This document shows positions 8,045 through 16,704 of a stretch of 64,000 nt of DNA, one piece after another (position 1 is the first letter of the stretch; every line of letters begins with the position of its first letter). The notes below the pieces were generated by a model, which was not told the DNA's origin, ran no database searches, and saw only the letters and a program-made list of their open reading frames with translations. The DNA is from a bacterium (GTDB lineage Bacteria > Patescibacteriota > Saccharimonadia > Saccharimonadales > JAUPVS01), in the NCBI GenBank assembly GCA_029780855.1, contig JAKOXV010000018.1:54104-118103 (forward strand), given 5' to 3'. The position numbers and the translations under genes are program-made.

Positions 8045-9235
8045 CTATAACTTACCAGTATTTTCAATGTTTGATAGAAACTCTGACATTTTCGTAGGTG
8101 TAAACCGCTGCAATGCCTCGTCTATATGCACAAACGCTGTATAGCGATGTGCTTGCGGTGCATTTAGCAGTGGCTTTATGCGATACCACGCTTGCTTGCC
8201 AAAGCGAGCCTCAAGCGTGTTTCGTAAGCCGACAACACCTGCCTGACTAGCAATGAGCATCCCTGCCACTGCTGCTAGTGCAGCTTGTGGGGTAACGTCA
8301 TCGTTTGCCTCAAGGTAGTTTTGTAAAAGCTCGTACGGCTGTTTTACGTCCAGTGCCAACATATCTACATTGGCTGTCAGCTTTTTCCAGTGCTTGAGTA
8401 GTATGTTTTGGCACAACTTCATATTGAATAGGCTTTCAAATGTCCATTGTTCTAAGTCTGGGTAGGCTCGCTTGATAGAGGCTCTACCGACAAAGCGTAC
8501 TTCATATCTGAATACTTCCATTGGTCGGTATTCGGATAGACCCTCAAGCAAATTGAGCTGCACCGAGCTGTCTTTTTCAAAAGCTCGTTTGTTGCTTTTC
8601 TTTGCTTTTAGCAAGTCAGCCATTTTGTCGTAAAAGGCTATATCAAGTGAGTTAGCGTGAATGTGTACGACGTGTCCATCACGAAAATCGGTCTTCTGAA
8701 AATCGTACGTCTTGCTTACATCCAGCTTGCCCATTGTATTGAGGATTGTTTGGCACGATGTGTAGTCAAGAAACACAATGTTCTTAGACGGATGCCAAGC
8801 TGAAATATCAGCGTGAGCAAGCTGTGGTTTGAAGAACCGATGACCGAGCAATTCGTGCAAAGCTGTCTGCAATGCGGTAAGCAGAGCGTCAAAGTCTTTT
8901 TCTTCTAGCTCATCAAAGTTGTTGCCAAACAACATCTTTGGTGCTGAAAACTCAACTGCCAATTCGTATGTTACTGCACCGAACTTTCGCACTCGCTTGT
9001 ACATTGTCAGTCGTGGCATATACTTGCCCATCTTGGCGTATGTAGGCGAGGGGTTGAGGAATGTCTTGCCATAGCCTCTGCTGTTTACGAGCTGCTCAAG
9101 TGTGATTGGCGTAAACCTGCTGCCATCAAAGACCAGCGGATTATGTACGGGTATGAGTAGTTTTACTGTGTCTACCATAGCGTTCATCACTTCTTTCAAA
9201 TAACTCAACGCACTTAGCAATAACTGCTTGCTCAA
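8045..9235 (-). CDS. Putative replication initiation protein (resembles phage/plasmid gene II/X-CRI type); otherwise hypothetical
   Basis: The segment MPRLTMYKRVRKFGAVTYELAVEFSAPKMLFGNNFDELEEKDF recalls the conserved block of phage CRI / gene II replication proteins. Recognition is from memory only. The start is uncertain (overlaps the upstream ORF; alternative ATGs at 9187 and 9178). Confidence 0.4.
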   Translation of the reverse strand: MSKQLLLSALSYLKEVMNAMVDTVKLLIPVHNPLVFDGSRFTPITLEQLVNSRGYGKTFLNPSPTYAKMGKYMPRLTMYKRVRKFGAVTYELAVEFSAPKMLFGNNFDELEEKDFDALLTALQTALHELLGHRFFKPQLAHADISAWHPSKNIVFLDYTSCQTILNTMGKLDVSKTYDFQKTDFRDGHVVHIHANSLDIAFYDKMADLLKAKKSNKRAFEKDSSVQLNLLEGLSEYRPMEVFRYEVRFVGRASIKRAYPDLEQWTFESLFNMKLCQNILLKHWKKLTANVDMLALDVKQPYELLQNYLEANDDVTPQAALAAVAGMLIASQAGVVGLRNTLEARFGKQAWYRIKPLLNAPQAHRYTAFVHIDEALQRFTPTKMSEFLSNIENTGKL

Positions 9236-9452
9236 TAACTCTGCCAGCCTCTTTGGTTACTGGGTAAAAGTAGTTGAGCTGGCGTGAGCCAACTTTCTTA
9301 GTTGGGTAGGTTATGCGATAGCCTGTGCCGTCTAGCCGCTGGTGTACGCCAAGCGAGCCAATGAACAACTGCCCATCAATCAGGCAGCTGGCAAAAGCTA
9401 CAAGTCCGTCAGTCGGTTTGACTGGCGTTATACTCACTTCGCTAACGGTCAT
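9141..9452 (-). CDS. SpoVG-like nucleic-acid-binding protein
   Basis: VSITPVKPTDGLVAFASCLIDGQLFIGSLGVHQRLDGTGYRITYPTKKVGSRQLNYFYPVTKEAGRVIEQAVIAK follows the SpoVG pattern: a beta-hairpin with 'G.l.A.asi.ld..f.v..i.v', then 'fv.mPs.k...g...d..hPi....r..i..avl'. Confidence 0.6.
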   Translation of the reverse strand: MTVSEVSITPVKPTDGLVAFASCLIDGQLFIGSLGVHQRLDGTGYRITYPTKKVGSRQLNYFYPVTKEAGRVIEQAVIAKCVELFERSDERYGRHSKTTHTRT

Positions 9453-9514
9453 TTTTCTTTCGCTCCATCGCTATTTCCTTATTGCTTGCCCAAGACCAAG
9501 CCGAAAGAAGTATG

Positions 9515-9733
9515 CTAATCAGTTTGTTGAGTGTTATTCGTAGTACCTTGTAGAAAATCATCACTTTCGTTCCTTTGTTCATTAGGTTGCCTTGAGGCAA
9601 AATCCATTTGTATAAGCACGTCAAAGAAACCAGTAAGGTTGTGGATTGCCTTATCGCTCAACTCAGCAGCCACGCCATCGTTTGCGGCGTTATCTTGTGG
9701 TTCTGCTGGTAGTGGTTTATTCTTCGTTGCCAT
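9515..9733 (-). CDS. Small acidic hypothetical protein (72 aa)
   Basis: ORF only. It is in the same orientation as the flanking element genes. Confidence 0.35.
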   Translation of the reverse strand: MATKNKPLPAEPQDNAANDGVAAELSDKAIHNLTGFFDVLIQMDFASRQPNEQRNESDDFLQGTTNNTQQTD

Positions 9734-9820
9734 ATAAAAAGTAGCCTCACTAACGAGACTACTTGCACGGCATACGAGCCAACCTAGACGCTCACTGGCT
9801 CACATTTCGCTCACATTTTA

Positions 9821-11716
9821 CTACTGATATTTTGTCTGTATTCGTACTTTTCCAGCTTTGAACTTTAACAGTTTCTCTATACCCAAGTCGTTCTTAACTC
9901 TTTTGTTTACCCTCAAGTGAGCGTCATAAACCGCACGTTGGCTGTCTTGGCTTTTTGGCGAGTATTCCAAAATGTCATCCTCTTTCGCAGCCACTCTACG
10001 GTTTCTAAAGACGAGCTTGCACATATAATGTTCTATCGTTTCGTCAGGTATCTCGCACGTCTTACCCGTGAATGTCAGCTTACTGGCTTTTGCGTCAAAC
10101 CTTACTTTATCCTGACCCGTTGGTTCTGGCTTTGGCTCAGACTTAGCATTTGGCTGCTCTTTGGCAGGTTCTTTACTTTGGGTCTCAGTTTTTGGCTCTT
10201 GGTTGTATTTTGCTGCTGTCTTTTCTAAACGCTTTTCAAAGTTGGCGTTCAGACGAGCCTTTTCTTTACGATGCTCCGCAATGGCTTTATCCGTGTCATC
10301 TAATACCCGTTGCTCATCTTCTTCTAACTTGAATGCTCCAACTCCATCAGCCTTTTCAACCCAAAGTCGTTCTAGCTTGCCATAAAAGCCCCATAGCTCA
10401 GGTCGCATAAACTCGTATCCAATATCCAAGTCTTCCATATTGCCCATAAAGGTATCGTATATAGACGGCTTTTCTTCACGTAATTTAGCAAACTCATCTT
10501 GGGCGAGTATTTTGTCTATTCTAATTGTGAGTAGCAGATAACTACGATTGAGTAAGCCGTCTTCAAAACCTACATAACCGAATGACATTGCATCGTATAC
10601 TTCGCATATCTTGCCCCAAAAAATCATTAGCATCTGCATATCACGCAAATGACCCAAGTTGTTCTTTAGCTCATCAAAAGCGGTTTTTTGATGCTCAGTA
10701 AGCTCAAGTTCATAAGACTGCTTATCAGCAGTTGTCTTCGGACGACCTTTGACGACAAATGTTTTACTACCTGAATACTGGTCAATAAACTCGTTTACCT
10801 GCTTGAAGCTCAGCGGCTTGAATGACGATAAAGGTACACGAATTGGTTTCTGGTCGTTGTCGCCAAACGCTTTACCGACTACTGCCATAAAGAGTATCAG
10901 GCGTTCTTGTTCAGATGTTGCTGCAATGGTTTCGCTATTATCTTCTAGTTTTGGCTTATTGTCTGTTTTTTCCTCTGCAACATTATCATCAAAATGAGCG
11001 GGAGCATCATCGGGATAGTTAGGTTGCGGTTTCGGTTCTTTGTCTATGACTAGCTTTTTCGTCAATGCAGCAGTTTTACTGTTTGGCGAGTTGGTAATTA
11101 GCTCCAAGAATACCGCATCAAACCTACGACGACTTGCCGTTACTTTGTACAGCTGAGTTGTGCTGTTCGGCGATGGCTTGTACAGCTCGTAAGAGTTGAT
11201 AGCACCAACCTCTTTGAGAAACCTTAGTGCCTTAGAGTGTATCTGCTTGATGTGGTATAGCGATAGGCTCTTTTCGTGTACGCCTTTCCAAAGGGTCGCA
11301 GTGCTTTTGTCTGCCTCAAATGTTGCAATACCATCAGTGCGGATGTTTAGTTCTTGGTTTATCAGTTCGGCTACTGCATAAATCCGATAGTAGTTGTCGT
11401 GCGTTAGGTTTTTAACGCCAAAACGGTTAGACGCATAAATCGTGTCGTAATACTCATCAAAACTTGGCAGTACCTCAATTTTATAATTTGAGTAGTTCGG
11501 TCTATCGGCTCTAATTACATTGCCAGTTGGCTTTTCAAGTAACCTGACAATTCCATCGGCTGCTAACTTCTCAAGAATTGTTTTTAGCTCAAGTCTTGTT
11601 ACTTTTTCCTTGTCTATTGCATCGGGGTCTAAAAAACAAGGCTGGCTGTCAGCACTAAGTTGGTTTGCGGTATCAATTTGACCGAGCAGGTATAGTATTT
11701 TTTCTGTGGCGTTCAT
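9821..11716 (-). CDS. Large hypothetical protein of the element (about 631 aa), with a K/E/P-rich region in the C-terminal quarter
   Basis: Long uninterrupted ORF. Start taken at the ATG (MNATEK) preceded by AGAGAAG. No motif recognised. Confidence 0.6.
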   Translation of the reverse strand: MNATEKILYLLGQIDTANQLSADSQPCFLDPDAIDKEKVTRLELKTILEKLAADGIVRLLEKPTGNVIRADRPNYSNYKIEVLPSFDEYYDTIYASNRFGVKNLTHDNYYRIYAVAELINQELNIRTDGIATFEADKSTATLWKGVHEKSLSLYHIKQIHSKALRFLKEVGAINSYELYKPSPNSTTQLYKVTASRRRFDAVFLELITNSPNSKTAALTKKLVIDKEPKPQPNYPDDAPAHFDDNVAEEKTDNKPKLEDNSETIAATSEQERLILFMAVVGKAFGDNDQKPIRVPLSSFKPLSFKQVNEFIDQYSGSKTFVVKGRPKTTADKQSYELELTEHQKTAFDELKNNLGHLRDMQMLMIFWGKICEVYDAMSFGYVGFEDGLLNRSYLLLTIRIDKILAQDEFAKLREEKPSIYDTFMGNMEDLDIGYEFMRPELWGFYGKLERLWVEKADGVGAFKLEEDEQRVLDDTDKAIAEHRKEKARLNANFEKRLEKTAAKYNQEPKTETQSKEPAKEQPNAKSEPKPEPTGQDKVRFDAKASKLTFTGKTCEIPDETIEHYMCKLVFRNRRVAAKEDDILEYSPKSQDSQRAVYDAHLRVNKRVKNDLGIEKLLKFKAGKVRIQTKYQ

Positions 11717-11762
11717 CACTTCTCTCAAAACACGTTTCTGGTAAGTCGTGTATAGTTATAGT

Positions 11763-11966
11763 ATGACACAATCAGGAAAAAAAGAGCCGAAGCTACTCAC
11801 GCTCAAACAGGCGTGTGAACTGCTGAATTGTCATCCAAACACGCTACGTGCGTGGGATGAAAAAGGTTACTTAGTTGCTGTGCGTTTTGGAACACGTCGT
11901 GATAGGCGATATAAACGGGAAGATGTGATGAAGTTATTGGAAAAAAATGACACAAGAAAAAACTGA
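11763..11966 (+). CDS. Excisionase/MerR-type helix-turn-helix DNA-binding protein
   Basis: LLTLKQACELLNCHPNTLRAWDEKGYLVAVRFGTRRDRRYKREDV is the excisionase-family HTH_17/MerR pattern. It is divergent from the replication genes. Confidence 0.75.
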   Translation: MTQSGKKEPKLLTLKQACELLNCHPNTLRAWDEKGYLVAVRFGTRRDRRYKREDVMKLLEKNDTRKN

Positions 11967-12816
11967 CACAACAAGTGAAAGCATAGAAACCGAACACGTA
12001 ACGCCACAATCAAAAAGTGGTCTTAGTAAACATATCAAGATAACTTTAGGGATTGTCGGGGCTTTATTGCTCATTCCTCTTTCTTACGCTGGTTATGTCT
12101 ATGCCGCCTCGCCAGCCGTCATACGCAACCCGAAGCTAGAACACTATCATTTCCGTATGCAAATACTGGTAAACGGCAAAGCCGAAGACTTTAGTAGCAA
12201 GGCTTACCAGACTGGCTATGCTAAAGACCAGTGCAATGCTAACTTGCCTGAACAACCAATCCACTTTCACGACAATAAAGACCAGTTTACTCATATCCAC
12301 TGGGAAGGTATGACGGGTGGTATGGTTATGAAGTATTACGGCTGGAACTATATCGGTGGTATGAGCAACGCACTTGGCTACAAGCTGGATAATCTCAAAG
12401 ACCCGCAAAAGGTAACAACTCACGGCAATTACCTACCAGCCGTACCAAAAGACGCTACTTTCTATGTCTACACGGGCGATGAGAACAGCTACAAAGAACG
12501 TACTTTCAACGACTGGAAAAGCCAAGACTTAGAAACCTTTTTCGGCACTACCAGTAATTTCCCAGCTCACGACATAAACAAAGGCAAGAAGACGAGCTTA
12601 CTAGATACGTTGTTCCCGAAAGCCTACGCACACGGCACAGAAAATGACGGAGATGGCAACGATGGTAGTGAAACCGATCAAGAAAAGCGAACACGCATCA
12701 ACAACCTCGTTGGCAGTGTCGTTGTATTCGTGCAAAAAGACAAGCCAACCGACCAGCAAGTCAAAGACCGATTTAATAAACTACTGCCCCTAGATGACAG
12801 TACGTGTGGGGGTTAA
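11947..12816 (+). CDS. Membrane-anchored exported protein, His/Trp-rich, unknown function (289 aa)
   Basis: N-terminal TM ITLGIVGALLLIPLSYAGYVYA. Contains HYHFRMQ..., IHFHDNKDQFTHIHWEGMTGG, and a C-terminal DDSTCGG. Its stop lies 2 nt before the CDF start. Confidence 0.55.
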   Translation: MTQEKTDTTSESIETEHVTPQSKSGLSKHIKITLGIVGALLLIPLSYAGYVYAASPAVIRNPKLEHYHFRMQILVNGKAEDFSSKAYQTGYAKDQCNANLPEQPIHFHDNKDQFTHIHWEGMTGGMVMKYYGWNYIGGMSNALGYKLDNLKDPQKVTTHGNYLPAVPKDATFYVYTGDENSYKERTFNDWKSQDLETFFGTTSNFPAHDINKGKKTSLLDTLFPKAYAHGTENDGDGNDGSETDQEKRTRINNLVGSVVVFVQKDKPTDQQVKDRFNKLLPLDDSTCGG

Positions 12817-12818
12817 AA

Positions 12819-13709
12819 ATGAGCCATAATCACGACCAAAACAATAACGATGGAAGTATCAAGTTCGGGCTAGTTCTGAACACTGGCTTTACCATTGTTG
12901 AGTTTATCTTCGGCATACTGACAGGCAGCCTTGCTCTTATAGCAGACGCTGCTCATAACCTGACAGATACCTTTACACTCTCAGTATCATTTATCGCAAA
13001 CCGTCTTGCACGGCGTGAAGCAAATGACAGTAAAACCTTTGGCTATGGACGTGCAACGATACTCGCTGCCTTGCTCAATGCTACTGTAATGCTGGCTGTT
13101 GCAGCCTTTATCGTCATTGAGGCTGTTCAACGGCTTGGCAATCCGCACCCCGTAGAGGGCGGTGTCGTGGCTGCTGTGGCGTTTGTCGGCATACTGGTAA
13201 ATGGCTCAATCGCTATTGTTCTGTCCAAAAACCGCAAAGACTTGAATATGCGGAGTGCCTTTGTAGATATGGCGTTTGACGCACTATCTTCACTCGGAGC
13301 TGTTATAGCTGGTCTGATTATCTGGCTCACAGGCATAACTTGGGTAGATAGTGCCGTAGGTTTAGTGATTGCTGCCTTATTGGTCTACAACACGCTCAAA
13401 ATACTACGTGAAGCGGTGCAAATACTACTTGAGGGTACGCCAAAAGACTTGGATACTGCAGCAATAACCCAAGCCATTACTGATACTGACAAAGTATTAT
13501 CCGTAGACGATATGCACGTCTGGGCTATCCGCTCAGGTTATAACGCTCTAAGCTGCCATATTGCGATTGATGAAACTGACCTAAAAGACAGCCGAAACAT
13601 TGTAGAGGTTGTAAAAGCCAAGCTACGCAAAGACTACGATATTCAACACGCTACGATTGAAGTTGAGCTAGAAGACTGTACCAAGCACGACGAACACGAG
13701 CGACATTAG
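12819..13709 (+). CDS. Cation diffusion facilitator (CDF) family divalent-metal efflux transporter
   Basis: His-rich N-terminus MSHNHDQ, TM2 motif LALIADAAHNLTDT, TM5 VDMAFDALSSLG, and a C-terminal cytoplasmic domain ending HDEHERH. Confidence 0.9.
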   Translation: MSHNHDQNNNDGSIKFGLVLNTGFTIVEFIFGILTGSLALIADAAHNLTDTFTLSVSFIANRLARREANDSKTFGYGRATILAALLNATVMLAVAAFIVIEAVQRLGNPHPVEGGVVAAVAFVGILVNGSIAIVLSKNRKDLNMRSAFVDMAFDALSSLGAVIAGLIIWLTGITWVDSAVGLVIAALLVYNTLKILREAVQILLEGTPKDLDTAAITQAITDTDKVLSVDDMHVWAIRSGYNALSCHIAIDETDLKDSRNIVEVVKAKLRKDYDIQHATIEVELEDCTKHDEHERH

Positions 13710-13720
13710 GGCAATGAAGT

Positions 13721-14671
13721 ATGAAGCTGAGAAAGTATCTTACTATCAGTCGCAGCCAGTTCGTTGAAGCCTCGCTGATAACGGCTCTACAAAGCTGTTC
13801 TGATAAATCGCCAGTTAAACTGATTGAACACTGCAATTCGCTCAACAATAGCTATAAACGACGTAACTACACAACTGTTGCCATTGTCATACGAGGGGTG
13901 CTTGATTACATACCGACCATTTTTGGTTTTGCAAATACTACTCAGGTTTACTCAGAATTACAGGGTAGGCGAACATTCAAGGACGCATTGAAGCAGCTTG
14001 ACCAAGCCAGTCGCAACCTTGCTGATGATGGTTTGCACAGTCCAGCTCGTAAAGATGAAACACTCAAAGTTAGTAAGCTGACTGTTGATAATCTACAAGG
14101 AAACCTTGCTATTGTGCTGAGTGAAACAGCCACACAACTACGAACAAAGGATTTGCGTGACGACGGAAATGCCAAGTTAGACGAGCAAAGAGCCGTAAAA
14201 CCCAAGCGACAAAAGTCGCAGCTGGAAACCTTTGAGGATTACATTGTAAATAAGCAATGGACTGAGCAGGAACTAGATGGCGATACGGTTTGGATTTGCG
14301 AAACGGATAACCTCTACCAAATACACAGCCGAGGCGATTATGACGAGTTTAGTGAGCTGTGGACACAGGTTTATCCTGATAAAAACGGTTCAGGTAAGCA
14401 TAGCGTTGACCTTGTATATGCTGGCACAATCATCAAGCGGTTTACGTTCATCTACTGTGACGGCGGTCGTATAAGTGTAGTTATGCCTGAGCTTTATATA
14501 GCACCAGAGCATCGTATTCCAAATAAAGACTGGAACGACAAAACAGATTACCGTGAGTATTTCTGGAAAAAGGACAGTATCAAGTTCAAGTTGATGAAGC
14601 TCATCGGTAGTTTTTACATCTACAACACGCCAGAGGGTGTGGCTAAACACTCAAACATACAGATAAAATAG
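13721..14671 (+). CDS. Hypothetical protein (316 aa)
   Basis: ORF between the CDF and csoR modules. No motif recognised. Confidence 0.5.
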   Translation: MKLRKYLTISRSQFVEASLITALQSCSDKSPVKLIEHCNSLNNSYKRRNYTTVAIVIRGVLDYIPTIFGFANTTQVYSELQGRRTFKDALKQLDQASRNLADDGLHSPARKDETLKVSKLTVDNLQGNLAIVLSETATQLRTKDLRDDGNAKLDEQRAVKPKRQKSQLETFEDYIVNKQWTEQELDGDTVWICETDNLYQIHSRGDYDEFSELWTQVYPDKNGSGKHSVDLVYAGTIIKRFTFIYCDGGRISVVMPELYIAPEHRIPNKDWNDKTDYREYFWKKDSIKFKLMKLIGSFYIYNTPEGVAKHSNIQIK

Positions 14672-14777
14672 CCGTCCAGAAAACGCTTGGCAAAGTTGCC
14701 CCCAAAAATTGGGTACTTATACGGCGGAGTACCTACAACAGATATAAGGGGAGACTACCCCCCTACTAACACGCCGT

Positions 14778-14806
14778 TTGCATAGTACCCCTAGGGGGTA
14801 TATAGT
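14778..14806 (+). promoter_or_regulatory. Sigma70-type promoter with an embedded CsoR-type operator
   Basis: TTGCAT (14778-83), a 17-nt spacer, then TATAGT (14801-06). The spacer is the GC-rich inverted repeat TACCCCTAGGGGGTA (14786-14800), closely resembling known CsoR boxes (TACCC..GGGGGTA type). A second G/C-tract pseudo-palindrome lies at 14747-14765. Confidence 0.65.
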
Positions 14807-14813
14807 AAGAGGT

Positions 14814-15098
14814 ATGATAGGCGATATAAAACAGCGTGCTTTGCACCGAGCCAAGATACTTGAGGGTCAAATGCGTGGTGTTCAGAAGATGATTGAAAAC
14901 GAAGACTACTGTATGGACATACTCACGCAGAGCCTGGCTATTCAAAAGTCTATTGGCTCACTCAATAAGCTGATACTTGAAAACCACGTGCGAACGCACA
15001 TTAAAGAGAACCTTAGTTCAAGCTCCGAAGACGAACAAGAAAAAGCAGTAGCCGAATTGTTAGAACTGTACGAGCTAACAAACGTAAGGGGTAAATAG
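14814..15098 (+). CDS. csoR: CsoR/RcnR family metal-sensing transcriptional repressor
   Basis: KQRALHRAKILEGQMRGVQKMIENEDYCMDILTQSLAIQKSIGSLNKLILENHVRTHI is the DUF156 pattern, including the conserved Cys in YC.D.L.Q and a His in the last helix. Confidence 0.9.
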   Translation: MIGDIKQRALHRAKILEGQMRGVQKMIENEDYCMDILTQSLAIQKSIGSLNKLILENHVRTHIKENLSSSSEDEQEKAVAELLELYELTNVRGK

Positions 15099-15100
15099 CC

Positions 15101-15469
15101 GTGAAGCTATTAACAGCTATTAAAAACACCCTTGTTCTATTGGCTGTTGTGTTACTAAACTCGCTTACCTTTGTTGGTCATTCAGCGGCAATGAGCACAA
15201 TGTCGCACGAAATGGGCGGTATGAAACATACTTCAAGCGATGCAACTTCGTGTGCAACTCTTTGCCGCACAGCAGTTGTTAACAAAGAAGAAAACGCCAT
15301 TCGGAGCGATGAGAACGAAGATGATGACGAGCCAGCCTTGCCGTTCTATGCTCAAAACCAACAGTTGTACTTAGATAGTAAATCTATATCTCAGCGGCTA
15401 TACGCAGCCGAAATAAAACCGCCGCCAAAGATACCGATTTACATACTCTATGGTGTATTCAGAGCGTGA
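15101..15469 (+). CDS. Secreted Met/His-rich small protein (putative Cu-binding)
   Basis: GTG start and a signal-like LVLLAVVLLNSLTFVGHSAA. Then MSTMSHEMGGMKHTSSDATSCATLC. Its position is between csoR and DUF305. Confidence 0.55.
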   Translation: MKLLTAIKNTLVLLAVVLLNSLTFVGHSAAMSTMSHEMGGMKHTSSDATSCATLCRTAVVNKEENAIRSDENEDDDEPALPFYAQNQQLYLDSKSISQRLYAAEIKPPPKIPIYILYGVFRA

Positions 15470-15519
15470 GATTTTGTTTGTACTAACAAGCAATTCCTAA
15501 ACGTAACTTTGGAGAACCT

Positions 15520-16185
15520 ATGAAGAAGAACAATATAATCATCGTCGCTATCGTGGCAGTCGTTGCTATTGCTGGCGTAAGTATTTACGCAATAAGCAAG
15601 AATAACGACAAAAATATGATGGACGATAATATGATGGGCAACAACTCATCGCAACAATCAGCAAGCGGAACAGTAGATAAAAACTCATCCGAATACAAGA
15701 TGTACAGCGAGCTAAAGGGCGAAGACTATGACCGAATGTTTCTTGCCAATATGATTGCCCACCATCAGGGTGCAGTTGATATGGCAAACCTCGCACTGAC
15801 CAGTGCCAAACACCAGGAAATTAAAGATATGGCAAACAACATCATATCGGCTCAAACCAAAGAAATTGGTGATATGCAAAGCTGGCAATCGTCTTGGGGT
15901 TATCCTGCCAGCAGCGGCTCTATGATGGAAGACCACTCGTCAATGGGAATGATGAACGATATGGCTGGTATGACCGATAAACTCAAGGGTTTGTCTGGGG
16001 ATGCGTTTGATAAAGCGTTTCTATCTTCAATGATTGAGCACCATCAATCGGCTATCAATATGGCATATCCTGGACAAACAAATGCTCAACACGAGGAAGT
16101 AAAAATACTAACAAAAGCTATCGTTGATGCACAGAGCAAGGAGATTGCCCAAATGCAGCAGTGGCAAAAAGACTGGGGCTACTAA
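15520..16185 (+). CDS. DUF305 domain protein (duplicated four-helix metal-related domain)
   Basis: Two repeats of D..FL..MI.HHQGA..MA (YDRMFLANMIAHHQGAVDMA and FDKAFLSSMIEHHQSAINMA), plus an N-terminal TM/signal. Confidence 0.85.
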   Translation: MKKNNIIIVAIVAVVAIAGVSIYAISKNNDKNMMDDNMMGNNSSQQSASGTVDKNSSEYKMYSELKGEDYDRMFLANMIAHHQGAVDMANLALTSAKHQEIKDMANNIISAQTKEIGDMQSWQSSWGYPASSGSMMEDHSSMGMMNDMAGMTDKLKGLSGDAFDKAFLSSMIEHHQSAINMAYPGQTNAQHEEVKILTKAIVDAQSKEIAQMQQWQKDWGY

Positions 16186-16194
16186 GGAATAAAT

Positions 16195-16704
16195 ATGAAA
16201 GACAAAGTATTTTACGGGTTTCTAGCACTCGTGGTCGTTGGTTTTTTGGGGTTTGCAGTTGCCAATAAAGCACCTGAAAAGCCTAGACCAGGAACAGAAC
16301 ACCAAGATAATGGTCGTAAGCACGTGCAATCAAAGAAGTATGGTGGCGATGAGCCGCCTACTTCTGGCGACCACGCAGAGCCTTTAGCTTGGCAAGTCTA
16401 CGACCAAGAAGTACCTGATGCGAATGTGATACACAATATGGAACACGGCGGTGTCTATATTTCATATCGTCCTGACCTGCCAAAAGACCAAATAGACAAA
16501 ATCAAGGCATTGTTTTCAAAACCTTACTCAAATGCAAAGTTCAGCCCGACAAAGGCAATTGTTGCACCTCGTGCTGAGGATAAAGCACCAATTGTAATGT
16601 CATCGTGGACACGCAGTGAGAGTTTTCAGAGTTTTGATGAGGCTAAGATGATTGAATACTACTTGGCAAATATAGGTAAAAGTCCAGAACCAGGAGCAAG
16701 CTAA
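16195..16704 (+). CDS. DUF3105 domain protein
   Basis: N-terminal TM, then PPTSGDHAEPL...NMEHGGVYISYRPDLP...APIVMSSW, which matches the DUF3105 pattern as I recall it. Confidence 0.7.
   Translation: MKDKVFYGFLALVVVGFLGFAVANKAPEKPRPGTEHQDNGRKHVQSKKYGGDEPPTSGDHAEPLAWQVYDQEVPDANVIHNMEHGGVYISYRPDLPKDQIDKIKALFSKPYSNAKFSPTKAIVAPRAEDKAPIVMSSWTRSESFQSFDEAKMIEYYLANIGKSPEPGAS

Noticed and set aside
14712-14732. Inverted repeat GGTACT...AGTACC upstream of the csoR promoter as an additional operator
   Set aside because: The arms are short (6 bp) with a 9-nt spacer. It is not G/C-tract-like as CsoR boxes are, and it could equally be the weak terminator of the upstream 316-aa gene.
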